In this document: in pieces, positions 24,155 through 32,096 of the stretch
Numbering within the stretch: the first letter of the stretch is position 1
Layout: every line of letters starts with the position of its first letter
Source of the DNA: Limisphaerales bacterium
GTDB lineage: Bacteria > Verrucomicrobiota > Verrucomicrobiia > Limisphaerales > JBGAJN01
Direction of reading: 5' to 3'
Assembly (NCBI GenBank): GCA_044224905.1
Contig: JBGAJN010000001.1
Span: 204,705-268,704, forward strand
DNA length: 64,000 nucleotides
Translations under genes and position numbers: made by a program
Notes under the pieces: generated by a model
Seen by the model: only the letters and a program-made list of their open reading frames with translations
Databases searched by the model: none
Told to the model about the DNA's origin: nothing

Positions 24155-27085
24155 TCACGACAAATTCACCGGATCAATATCCACCGCCATCGTGACGTCC
24201 TCGGGCAGTTTGAGTTTGGGCACCAGTTTCTCCAACACCGCACTCAGCCGGGACATCTGTCGCGTACGCAACATCAGCTGGTAGCGATAAAAAGTTTCCG
24301 CACGTGCCAGCGGTGCCGGGGCCGGACCCGCGATGATCACATCGGTCAACACGGCGCCATTTGCCGGCGACGCTACCTCAGCCGATTCCCCTGCTCCGCC
24401 CAAAAGGTTCAACTGCTCGCTCTGCGGCGCCGCGTTCTTGGTCGCGGGTTTTCCGCCGATCGCCTTTTCCACTTCGATGCGCAGGTGATCCGCACTCGCC
24501 TGGACTTTTTCCTCGTTACGCCCTTTGAGCGTCAGCAAGGCGATGCGCGCCACGGGCGGATATTTCAACTGCTCGCGAAACTCGATCTCCTGATCGTAGA
24601 AGCCGACGAAGTCGTGCCGTCGCGCAAACTGGATCGCCGGATGAAACGGCGTGAACGCCTGCACGAACACCTCGCCCTCCACATCTCCACGACCCGCGCG
24701 ACCAGCGACCTGCGTGAGCAATTGAAACGTCCGCTCACCCGCGCGGAAGTCCGGCACGTGCAAACTCAGGTCCGCGTAAATGATTCCCACGAGCGTGACG
24801 TTCGGAAAGTGCAGCCCCTTCGCGATCATCTGCGTGCCGACAAGGATATCGATCTTGCCCACTTTGAAATCACCGAGCACGCGCCGGTAATCCTCCTTGC
24901 GCTTCATCAAATCGGAGTCCATCCGCGCGATGCGCGCGTGCGGGAACAATTTCACCAGCGTATCTTCAACCTTCTCCGTGCCCAGACCGGCGTAGCGAAT
25001 GGCGGGGTTGCGGCACTTGGTGTCGGGGCAAACGGTCGGCGCTTGCTGCTGATGGCCGCAGATGTGACAGCTTAGCTTCTGCGCGCGGCGATGATACGTG
25101 AGCGACACGCTGCAATTCGGGCACTCCGCCACGTAGCCGCACAGCGGACACTGCATCGACGTCGCGAACCCGCGGCGATTAAGAAACAGGATCGTCTGTT
25201 CCTTGCGCTCGATCCGTTGCGTGATCGCTTCCTTGAGCTTCAGCGAAAAGATCGGCGTGCCCTTTTCTTTGCGCGCTTCCTGACGCATGTCCACGACGCG
25301 CACGATTGGCATCTTCTGATCATCGACCCGCGACGGCATGTCGAGCAGCGTGTATTTGCCCTTCTTCGCGTTGTAATAGCTCTCCATCGACGGCGTCGCC
25401 GAACCCAGAACGACGACGGCATTCTCCATCTGCCCGCGCACCACGGCCACATCGCGCGCGTGGTAGCGCGGCGCTTCCTCCTGCTTGTAAGAATGCTCGT
25501 GCTCCTCGTCGACGATCACGAGCCCAAGCGGCGACACCGGCGCAAATATCGCGGAACGCGCGCCAATGACGATGCGCGCGCGCCCTTGCCGGATCTTGTG
25601 CCATTCATCATGCCGTTCGCCCGAGGAGAGGTGCGAATGCAACACCGCCACCAGCGTCTTCAGCGGCCCCGAACTGAATCGCGCCTTGAACCGCTCCACC
25701 GTTTGCGGAGTCAGCGAAATCTCCGGCACCAGCACGATGGCGCCCTTCCCCCGCTCCAGCGCGTGGGCAATCGCTTGCAGATAAACTTCGGTTTTGCCCG
25801 AGCCCGTCACGCCGTGGAGAAGAAAGACGCGGGAGGCGTTCTCATCTTTCCGGGTAGCACCCGCCTCTGGCGGGTTGTGCCGGGCGTCGCGCCCGGCACC
25901 TAGCGCGTCCGCATTCAACGTCGGCCCCCAAATGTACGGATACTCATCCATCGGTCCCACCAACCCCAACTCACGTGGATTGTTCCAGATGTAGTTCCAC
26001 TTTTCGCGAAGGTCACTTTCCGAGCGAATCATCCGGTCGAATGACTCATCATTCCAAACTGGGCCGGTGCGCTTCATCAATTTGTTCACCTCGTGCGCAG
26101 AGAACGACTTGATGCTGTGGAGGATTTCTGAAAGTGAGTGAACGCCTTCGCCCCCAGATTGCTGAATCGGCAATGGCTGAATCAACAGGTGCACGTGATC
26201 CGGCATCACGCAGGCAAGATGACAGCGTATCTTTTTCGCGTGCCAGAACCGGCAGGCTTCGAGCGTCGTCTGGCGGGCTTCCGGTGACAGTTGGAGCTTA
26301 TCTTGAGTACGCCAAGTGACGTGATACGTCTTGCCAGGAATCTGGATGTGCGGGAGTTGGCGACTGGTGATCGTGGGTTCGGTAATGGGTTTGTATGCAA
26401 GGGCTGGTATTGCGTCGGGCGCGACGCCCGACGCGACCCGCGAGACGCGGGTGCCACCCATCGCTGCGGTGATTTTCGCCAATGCGGTGACTTGCTCCGC
26501 ATTCAGCGTGAGCGGTTGCGTGGCGAGGATGACTTCGTTCGCGTATGGATCCCGCTCGGAGACCTGGGCGCTGATCAGCACGAGTCCTTTGTCTTCCAAA
26601 CGACGAACCGTTTCCGCCGTGCTGCTGGTGAGTTCGAGCAGCTCCTGCAAAGGCAATTCGCCACGTTCCTGAATGAGCTTCCAGATTTCTTCCTGACGCT
26701 TGGTCAGCTTCGGCAGGTCAATCGGCGCGGGAAGTTTTCGGACGAACAACCGTTCACGCCAGCCGTCCTTTTCCTTCCGGACCGCCTCGGGCAAGACGCT
26801 TTTGAGCGCGATCTCCGGCGGGCAGCAGTAATACTCGCCGATCCAACGCGCGAGCCGCAGCACTTCGGGCGTGACCATGGTCTGCTTACCCACGATCTTC
26901 GCGATCGCGCGCAAGTTTGTGTGCGTGGATTCCTCGATCAGCGCAGTGACCACTCCCATCACAAAGCGCGGACCGAACGGAACCTTCACGCGGCTGCCGA
27001 CGTCGATCCCGGCCGCCATCTCGGGCGGAATGGCGTAATCGAACTCCTTGCGGAGCGCGATTTCGAGAGTGACGCGGGCGATCAT
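24155..27085 (-). CDS. priA: Primosomal replication-restart helicase PriA carrying a 206-codon in-frame insertion that encodes an HUH/Y1 transposase-like domain
   Basis: The N-terminus has 'VKVPFGPRFVMGVV' and 'LTLNAEQVTALAKI'. The helicase core has 'FLLHGVTGSGKTEVYL' and 'VIVDEEHE'. The Cys-rich region is 'CPLCGYVAECPNCSVSLTYH..CHICG'. The frame is continuous through 25825-26451. Confidence 0.9.
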   Translation of the reverse strand: MIARVTLEIALRKEFDYAIPPEMAAGIDVGSRVKVPFGPRFVMGVVTALIEESTHTNLRAIAKIVGKQTMVTPEVLRLARWIGEYYCCPPEIALKSVLPEAVRKEKDGWRERLFVRKLPAPIDLPKLTKRQEEIWKLIQERGELPLQELLELTSSTAETVRRLEDKGLVLISAQVSERDPYANEVILATQPLTLNAEQVTALAKITAAMGGTRVSRVASGVAPDAIPALAYKPITEPTITSRQLPHIQIPGKTYHVTWRTQDKLQLSPEARQTTLEACRFWHAKKIRCHLACVMPDHVHLLIQPLPIQQSGGEGVHSLSEILHSIKSFSAHEVNKLMKRTGPVWNDESFDRMIRSESDLREKWNYIWNNPRELGLVGPMDEYPYIWGPTLNADALGAGRDARHNPPEAGATRKDENASRVFLLHGVTGSGKTEVYLQAIAHALERGKGAIVLVPEISLTPQTVERFKARFSSGPLKTLVAVLHSHLSSGERHDEWHKIRQGRARIVIGARSAIFAPVSPLGLVIVDEEHEHSYKQEEAPRYHARDVAVVRGQMENAVVVLGSATPSMESYYNAKKGKYTLLDMPSRVDDQKMPIVRVVDMRQEARKEKGTPIFSLKLKEAITQRIERKEQTILFLNRRGFATSMQCPLCGYVAECPNCSVSLTYHRRAQKLSCHICGHQQQAPTVCPDTKCRNPAIRYAGLGTEKVEDTLVKLFPHARIARMDSDLMKRKEDYRRVLGDFKVGKIDILVGTQMIAKGLHFPNVTLVGIIYADLSLHVPDFRAGERTFQLLTQVAGRAGRGDVEGEVFVQAFTPFHPAIQFARRHDFVGFYDQEIEFREQLKYPPVARIALLTLKGRNEEKVQASADHLRIEVEKAIGGKPATKNAAPQSEQLNLLGGAGESAEVASPANGAVLTDVIIAGPAPAPLARAETFYRYQLMLRTRQMSRLSAVLEKLVPKLKLPEDVTMAVDIDPVNLS
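25859..25899. repeat. Pair of perfect GC-rich palindromes at the priA-distal (3') end of the insertion
   Basis: On the plus strand, ACCCGCC-TCT-GGCGGGT lies at 25859-25875 and GTGCCGGGCG-TCG-CGCCCGGCAC at 25877-25899. Confidence 0.85.
26412..26451. repeat. Pair of perfect GC-rich palindromes at the priA-proximal (5') end of the insertion
   Basis: On the plus strand, GCGTCGGGCG-CGA-CGCCCGACGC lies at 26412-26434 and CCCGCG-AGA-CGCGGG at 26437-26451. Together they form an inverted, imperfect copy of 25859-25899. Confidence 0.85.
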
Positions 27086-27222
27086 CGGTGAAGTTGAGAG
27101 TTAATATTTGAGAGTTGCGAGTCGAGGAGAAAGGAACCGCCGGAGGAAGATCGCGCCACCTCGCGACGGATTGTGAATACTTTGAACTTTGATCTTGGCG
27201 CTTTGAATTTAGATTCAGTGCG

Positions 27223-30200
27223 ATGTCGCATTCGGAATTTGTTCACCTTCATTTGCACACCGAGTATTCGTTGCTCGATGGCGCCTGCCGGCTAGACAAG
27301 CTGATGGCGCGCGCGAAGGAGTTGAAGTTTCCCGCGCTGACGATCACCGATCACGGCGCGATGTATGGCGTCATCGATTTCTATCAGGCAGCACGCAAGG
27401 AAGGCATCAAGCCCATCATCGGTTGCGAGGTTTACGTCGCGCCCGGCAGCCGGCACGAAAAGAAAAAGGGCGAAAGCACGCGCGACCTGTATCACCACCT
27501 CGGTTTGCTGGTGAAGGACGAGACGGGCTACAAGAACCTCATCAAGCTCGTCACGGCCGCGCACTTGGAGGGCATGTATTATAAGCCGCGCATCGACAAG
27601 GAACTCCTCGCCAAGCACAGCGAAGGCCTCATCGCGATGTCCGGCTGTCTAGCGAGCGAGATCCCGTCGTTGCTTGCGCTCGATCAAGTGGATCGCGCCA
27701 AGGCGGCCGTGGACTGGTTCAAGCAGACGCTTGGTCCGGAGAATTTTTATCTCGAACTGCAGAATCACGGCATCGCCGAACAGGCGAAGGTGAATCGTTA
27801 CCTGCTCCAGTTCGCGAAGGAATTCGGTTTGAAAACCGTCGCGACGAACGACGTACACTACGTCGAGAAAGGTCATTCCAAAGCGCACGAATGCCTCGTG
27901 TGCATCGGCACGCAAACGCTTTTGACCGACACGAAGCGGATGACGTATCAGCCCGAGCAGTTTTATCTGCGCTCGGCAGAAGAAATGGCCGCGCTATTCC
28001 ATGAAGTTCCCGAAGCGGCGAAGAACACGTTGGAAGTCGCGGAAAAGTGCAATCTCGAGATTCAGTTTAACAAGCTGCACTACCCGACGTTCGCACCGCC
28101 GGAACATTTCACGCGGGAAGGTTACTTGCGGAAAATGGTCGCGGAAGGTTTGGGACGACGTTACGGCATGACCGTCCGCGCGGAAGGACAGGAGTTCATC
28201 GTCGAAGCCGTCAAGGACGCGCGTCGGCTGCCGACTTTCAAACCCGCGGAAGGCACGCCCGCGAACGAACCCGTCACGGACCTCAACAACTACGCGGTCG
28301 TCGCGGCGGTGAAGGACGTGATCGATCGTCTCCAACTCGAGATGAAGGTCATCGAGAAGACGGGATTCATTTCCTACTTTCTCATCGTGGCCGACTTCAT
28401 TCGGCACGGTCGCAGCGTGGGCATTTCGTGCGTGGCGCGCGGTTCCGCCGCCGGTTCGCTCGTCACCTACCTGCTGGACATCGCGAACGTTGATCCGATT
28501 CGCTACGGCCTGCTGTTTGAACGCTTCCTCAATCCCGAGCGCGTCAACCCGCCTGATATCGACATCGACTTCGCCGACGATCGCCGCGCGGACGTGATCG
28601 AATACGTGCGAACGAAATACGGCCGCGACTGCGTCGCGCAAATCATCACCTTCGGCACGATGGGCGCGAAATCCGTCGTGCGCGACGTCGGCCGCGTGAT
28701 GGGCCTCGGCTACGGCGATTGCGATCGCCTCGCGAAGATGATTCCCAACGAGCTCAAGATGACGCTCGAAAAGGCGCTCAAAGTTTCCCCTGAATTCAAG
28801 CAAGCCTACGACACCGAGGAAGCCACGCGCGAACTCGTAGACATCGCGTTTGTGCTCGAAGATCTCACGCGCAATTCCTCGGTGCACGCAGCCGGCGTCG
28901 TGATCGGGCCCGAGCCGTTGTCGAATTTGCTCCCGTTGAAGCAAGACGAAGACGGCACCATCGTCACGCAATACGCGATGGGCCCCGTCGGCGATCTCGG
29001 CCTGTTGAAGATGGACTTCCTCGGGCTCAAGACGCTGACAGTCATTCGCAACACCTGCGAAATGGTCAAGCAGACCAAGGGCATCGACGTGCCGATCGAC
29101 GATCTCCCGCTAGACGACTCGAAGACGTACGACCTGTTGAACAAGGCGAACACGATCGGCGTGTTCCAGTTGGAATCTGGCGGCATGCGCGATTTGTGCC
29201 GGCGCTTCCAGATCGGGTCGGTCGAGCACATCACGGCGCTCGTGGCGCTTTATCGCCCCGGCCCGATGGACCTGATCCCCGACTTCATTGAGCGCCGTCA
29301 CGGTCGGAAGGAGATCGAGTATCCGCATCCGCTGCTCGAACCGATCGCGAAGGAAACCTACGGCGTGCTCATCTATCAGGAGCAGGTCATGCAGGCGACG
29401 CAGATCCTCGCCGGCTACACGCTCGGCGCGGCCGATTTGCTGCGACGTGCGATGGGTAAAAAGAAGCTCGAGGAAATGCAGAAGCAGCGCGAAACCTTTG
29501 TGAAAGGTTGCGCGGAGAAGAACAAGATTTCCGCCTCGAAGGCCAACCAGGTTTTCGACGTGCTCGAAAAATTCGCCGGCTACGGTTTCAACAAATCGCA
29601 CGCCGCCGCCTACGCGATCGTCGCGTATCAAACCGCGTATCTAAAGGCCAACTACCCGGTGGAGTTCCTCAGTGCGATGATGACGAACGACATGGGCGAC
29701 ACCGCGAAGCTGAGCATCCTCATCGCGGAGTCGAAAGTGTTCGGCGTCGAGGTTCTGCCGCCCGATGTGAACGAATCCGGCGTGCATTTCTTCCCCGCGC
29801 CCGATGGCAAAGGTATCCGCTTCGGTCTCGCCGCAATCAAAGGCGTCGGCGAAGGCGCCGTGCAGGCGATCCTCAAGGCGCGCAACGAGAGCGGGAAATT
29901 CAAGACGCTTCAGGAATTGTGCGAACGCGTCGATGGCCGCGCCGTCACGCGCAAGACGCTCGAAGCGCTGATCAAAAGCGGCGCGTGCGATTCGATGGGC
30001 GACAATCGCGCGACGTTGCTCAGCCAGATTGATCGATCGCTGTCGCGCGCCGCGAGCATCCTCGCGGACAAGCAACGCGGGCAGAGTTCGATGTTCGGCA
30101 TGTTGGAAGACAAGCCCACCGGCAACGCGAAGGTGGAAGCGGGACCCAAGCTGCCCGAGTTGCCACAGAGCGAATTGCTCGGCTACGAGAAAGAGTTGCT

Positions 30201-30879
30201 CGGCTTTTATATTTCCGGCCACCCGCTCACGCCGCTTGCGCCGTTGCTGGAAAAGTTTTCGCTCGCAAACACCGCGGGCCTGGCCGCGTTGCAAAACCGC
30301 GCCGTGACGCGCATCGGCGGAATGATCGCCGCCGTGCAACAAGGCGTCTCAAAGAAGACCAGCAAGCCTTATGCGATGATCACGCTCGAAGACCTGCACG
30401 GCACCGTGCAGATCCTCTGCATGAACGAAAACTACGACAAGTATCGCGAGCTCTTCGTGCCGAACAAAGCATTGCTCGTCATCGGCGAAGTGAACACGAG
30501 CGAGGACAAGCCGAAGATTTTCCCGCAAGAGATCATGCCGCTCGAAGACGCGCCGCGGAAATACACCAAGCAGGTTCACTTCCGCCTCCACACCGCGCAC
30601 GTTACGCCCGAGAAATTGAACTCGGTTCACCAGCTCGTGACCGCGCATCGCGGCCGTTGTCCGCTGTTCCTCTGCTTCATGCAACCTGGCGGCGGCGTGG
30701 TGTTTGTCGAGACCAATGAACGTTTCAACGTTCTTCCGTCGGCGGATCTACAAAAGGCCGCCGACGACTTGCTCGGCGAAGAAACCTATTACGCGAAAGT
30801 CGACACGACCCTGCCCGAACGCGCCCCGCGCAAGTGGGAGAAGAAATCGAACGGCAACGGTGGCGGTGATGATGAGTAA
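27223..30879 (+). CDS. dnaE: DNA polymerase III alpha subunit
   Basis: 1218 aa. The N-terminal PHP domain has 'FVHLHLHTEYSLLDGA'. The polymerase core has 'GYGFNKSHAAAYA', followed by a C-terminal OB fold. Confidence 0.97.
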   Translation: MSHSEFVHLHLHTEYSLLDGACRLDKLMARAKELKFPALTITDHGAMYGVIDFYQAARKEGIKPIIGCEVYVAPGSRHEKKKGESTRDLYHHLGLLVKDETGYKNLIKLVTAAHLEGMYYKPRIDKELLAKHSEGLIAMSGCLASEIPSLLALDQVDRAKAAVDWFKQTLGPENFYLELQNHGIAEQAKVNRYLLQFAKEFGLKTVATNDVHYVEKGHSKAHECLVCIGTQTLLTDTKRMTYQPEQFYLRSAEEMAALFHEVPEAAKNTLEVAEKCNLEIQFNKLHYPTFAPPEHFTREGYLRKMVAEGLGRRYGMTVRAEGQEFIVEAVKDARRLPTFKPAEGTPANEPVTDLNNYAVVAAVKDVIDRLQLEMKVIEKTGFISYFLIVADFIRHGRSVGISCVARGSAAGSLVTYLLDIANVDPIRYGLLFERFLNPERVNPPDIDIDFADDRRADVIEYVRTKYGRDCVAQIITFGTMGAKSVVRDVGRVMGLGYGDCDRLAKMIPNELKMTLEKALKVSPEFKQAYDTEEATRELVDIAFVLEDLTRNSSVHAAGVVIGPEPLSNLLPLKQDEDGTIVTQYAMGPVGDLGLLKMDFLGLKTLTVIRNTCEMVKQTKGIDVPIDDLPLDDSKTYDLLNKANTIGVFQLESGGMRDLCRRFQIGSVEHITALVALYRPGPMDLIPDFIERRHGRKEIEYPHPLLEPIAKETYGVLIYQEQVMQATQILAGYTLGAADLLRRAMGKKKLEEMQKQRETFVKGCAEKNKISASKANQVFDVLEKFAGYGFNKSHAAAYAIVAYQTAYLKANYPVEFLSAMMTNDMGDTAKLSILIAESKVFGVEVLPPDVNESGVHFFPAPDGKGIRFGLAAIKGVGEGAVQAILKARNESGKFKTLQELCERVDGRAVTRKTLEALIKSGACDSMGDNRATLLSQIDRSLSRAASILADKQRGQSSMFGMLEDKPTGNAKVEAGPKLPELPQSELLGYEKELLGFYISGHPLTPLAPLLEKFSLANTAGLAALQNRAVTRIGGMIAAVQQGVSKKTSKPYAMITLEDLHGTVQILCMNENYDKYRELFVPNKALLVIGEVNTSEDKPKIFPQEIMPLEDAPRKYTKQVHFRLHTAHVTPEKLNSVHQLVTAHRGRCPLFLCFMQPGGGVVFVETNERFNVLPSADLQKAADDLLGEETYYAKVDTTLPERAPRKWEKKSNGNGGGDDE

Positions 30880-30971
30880 AGGTGGCACCCGCGAGAACGC
30901 AACTTCCGGCATCGTTCCACCAACTTCTTTATTGCCCTCGCTCCGGCGGCCTCTAACTTGGCGGCTGACGA

Positions 30972-32084
30972 ATGGACCAGAAAGTTCCCTACATCGACCT
31001 CGCCGCGCAGATTCGACCGATCCGCGCTGAAATCGACGCCGCGCTCGCCAAAGCGATCGACAATTGCACCTTCTGCCTCGGTCCCGACGTGGCGAAGTTC
31101 GAACAGGAGTTCGCGGCGTATTGCGGCGCGAAGCATTGCCTTGCGATGAATAGCGGCACCTCGGCGCTGCACATCGCGATGTTGCTGCTGAACGTCGGCG
31201 CCGGCGACGAAGTCATCACCACGCCCTACACCTTCGCGGCCACGAGCTGGTGCATCTCCTACGTCGGCGCGAAGCCGGTGTATGTGGACATCGATGAAGC
31301 GACGTTCAATTTGAACCCGAAGCTCATCGAGAAAGCGATCACGCCGCGCACCAAGGCGATTCTGCCGGTGCATCTTTACGGGCACCCGTTCGACGTCGAC
31401 GCGATCAATGCCGTCGCACGAAAACACAATCTGCCGGTGGTCGAAGACGCAGCGCAGGCGCACGGCGCGACGTATCGCGGCAAAGTGATCGGAACTTTCG
31501 GTGCGATTTCGTGCTTCAGTTTTTATCCGGCGAAAAATCTCGGCGCGTTCGGCGAAGGCGGCGCGCTGGTGACGAACGACGATGAGTTCGCCGCGCGCGC
31601 GCGCGCGCTGCGCGAGCACGGCTCACGCGTCCGCTATCACCACGACGAAGTGGGTTTCAATTACCGCATGGAAGGTTTGCAGGGCGCGGTGCTCGGCGTG
31701 GAGTTGAAGCATCTGCCCGCGTGGACCGATGCGCGCCGGCGCGTGGCGCATCGCTATCACGAATTACTCGCGAGCACGCCGTTGAAGCTGCCGCGCGAAT
31801 CGGTTTACGCGTCGAGCGCATGGCATCTCTACACGGTGCGTTCCTCGCGCCGCGATGAATTGAAGAAGCACCTCGACGCGAATGGAGTCGGCAACGCGAT
31901 TCATTATCCGATGCCGCTGCACCTCCAGAAGTGCTACGCGTCGCTCGGGTACAAGCCCGGCGATTTCCTCGTCGCTGAACAAGCGTGCCGCGAAGTGCTC
32001 TGCCTCCCGATGTTTCCGTCGATCACCGATGCGCAGCAACAACGCGTCGCTGCGGTGATTAAAGAATTCTTCGCGAAAGCGTAG
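30972..32084 (+). CDS. DegT/DnrJ/EryC1/StrS family sugar aminotransferase
   Basis: 'NSGTSALHIA', 'SFYPAKNLGAFGEGGALVTND' (PLP lysine) and 'HGSRVRYHHDEVGFNYRM'. Confidence 0.9.
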   Translation: MDQKVPYIDLAAQIRPIRAEIDAALAKAIDNCTFCLGPDVAKFEQEFAAYCGAKHCLAMNSGTSALHIAMLLLNVGAGDEVITTPYTFAATSWCISYVGAKPVYVDIDEATFNLNPKLIEKAITPRTKAILPVHLYGHPFDVDAINAVARKHNLPVVEDAAQAHGATYRGKVIGTFGAISCFSFYPAKNLGAFGEGGALVTNDDEFAARARALREHGSRVRYHHDEVGFNYRMEGLQGAVLGVELKHLPAWTDARRRVAHRYHELLASTPLKLPRESVYASSAWHLYTVRSSRRDELKKHLDANGVGNAIHYPMPLHLQKCYASLGYKPGDFLVAEQACREVLCLPMFPSITDAQQQRVAAVIKEFFAKA

Positions 32085-32096
32085 CCCCGGCGCACG

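Larger units (their letters stand above)
25825..26451 (-). mobile_element. In-frame RAYT / IS200-like (Y1 HUH transposase) element inside priA, delimited by a 9-bp direct repeat
   Basis: The direct repeat AGACGCGGG lies at 25825-25833 and 26443-26451, 618 nt apart. The core peptide is 'RQLPHIQIPGKTYHVTWR...CVMPDHVHLLIQP...VWNDESFDRMIRSE..KWNYIWNNPRELGLV'. The HUH motif is at 26189-26197 and the Tyr codon at 25991-25993. By hand count the GC is lower than in the flanking priA. Confidence 0.7.

Noticed and set aside
24155-27085. Possibility that priA is a pseudogene split by a transposon, or that the ORF is two genes
   Set aside because: There is no stop codon or frameshift anywhere in the 976 codons. 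The insertion is an exact multiple of three, and both PriA halves retain their motifs. I therefore call a single intact CDS with an in-frame insertion. Functionality remains untested.
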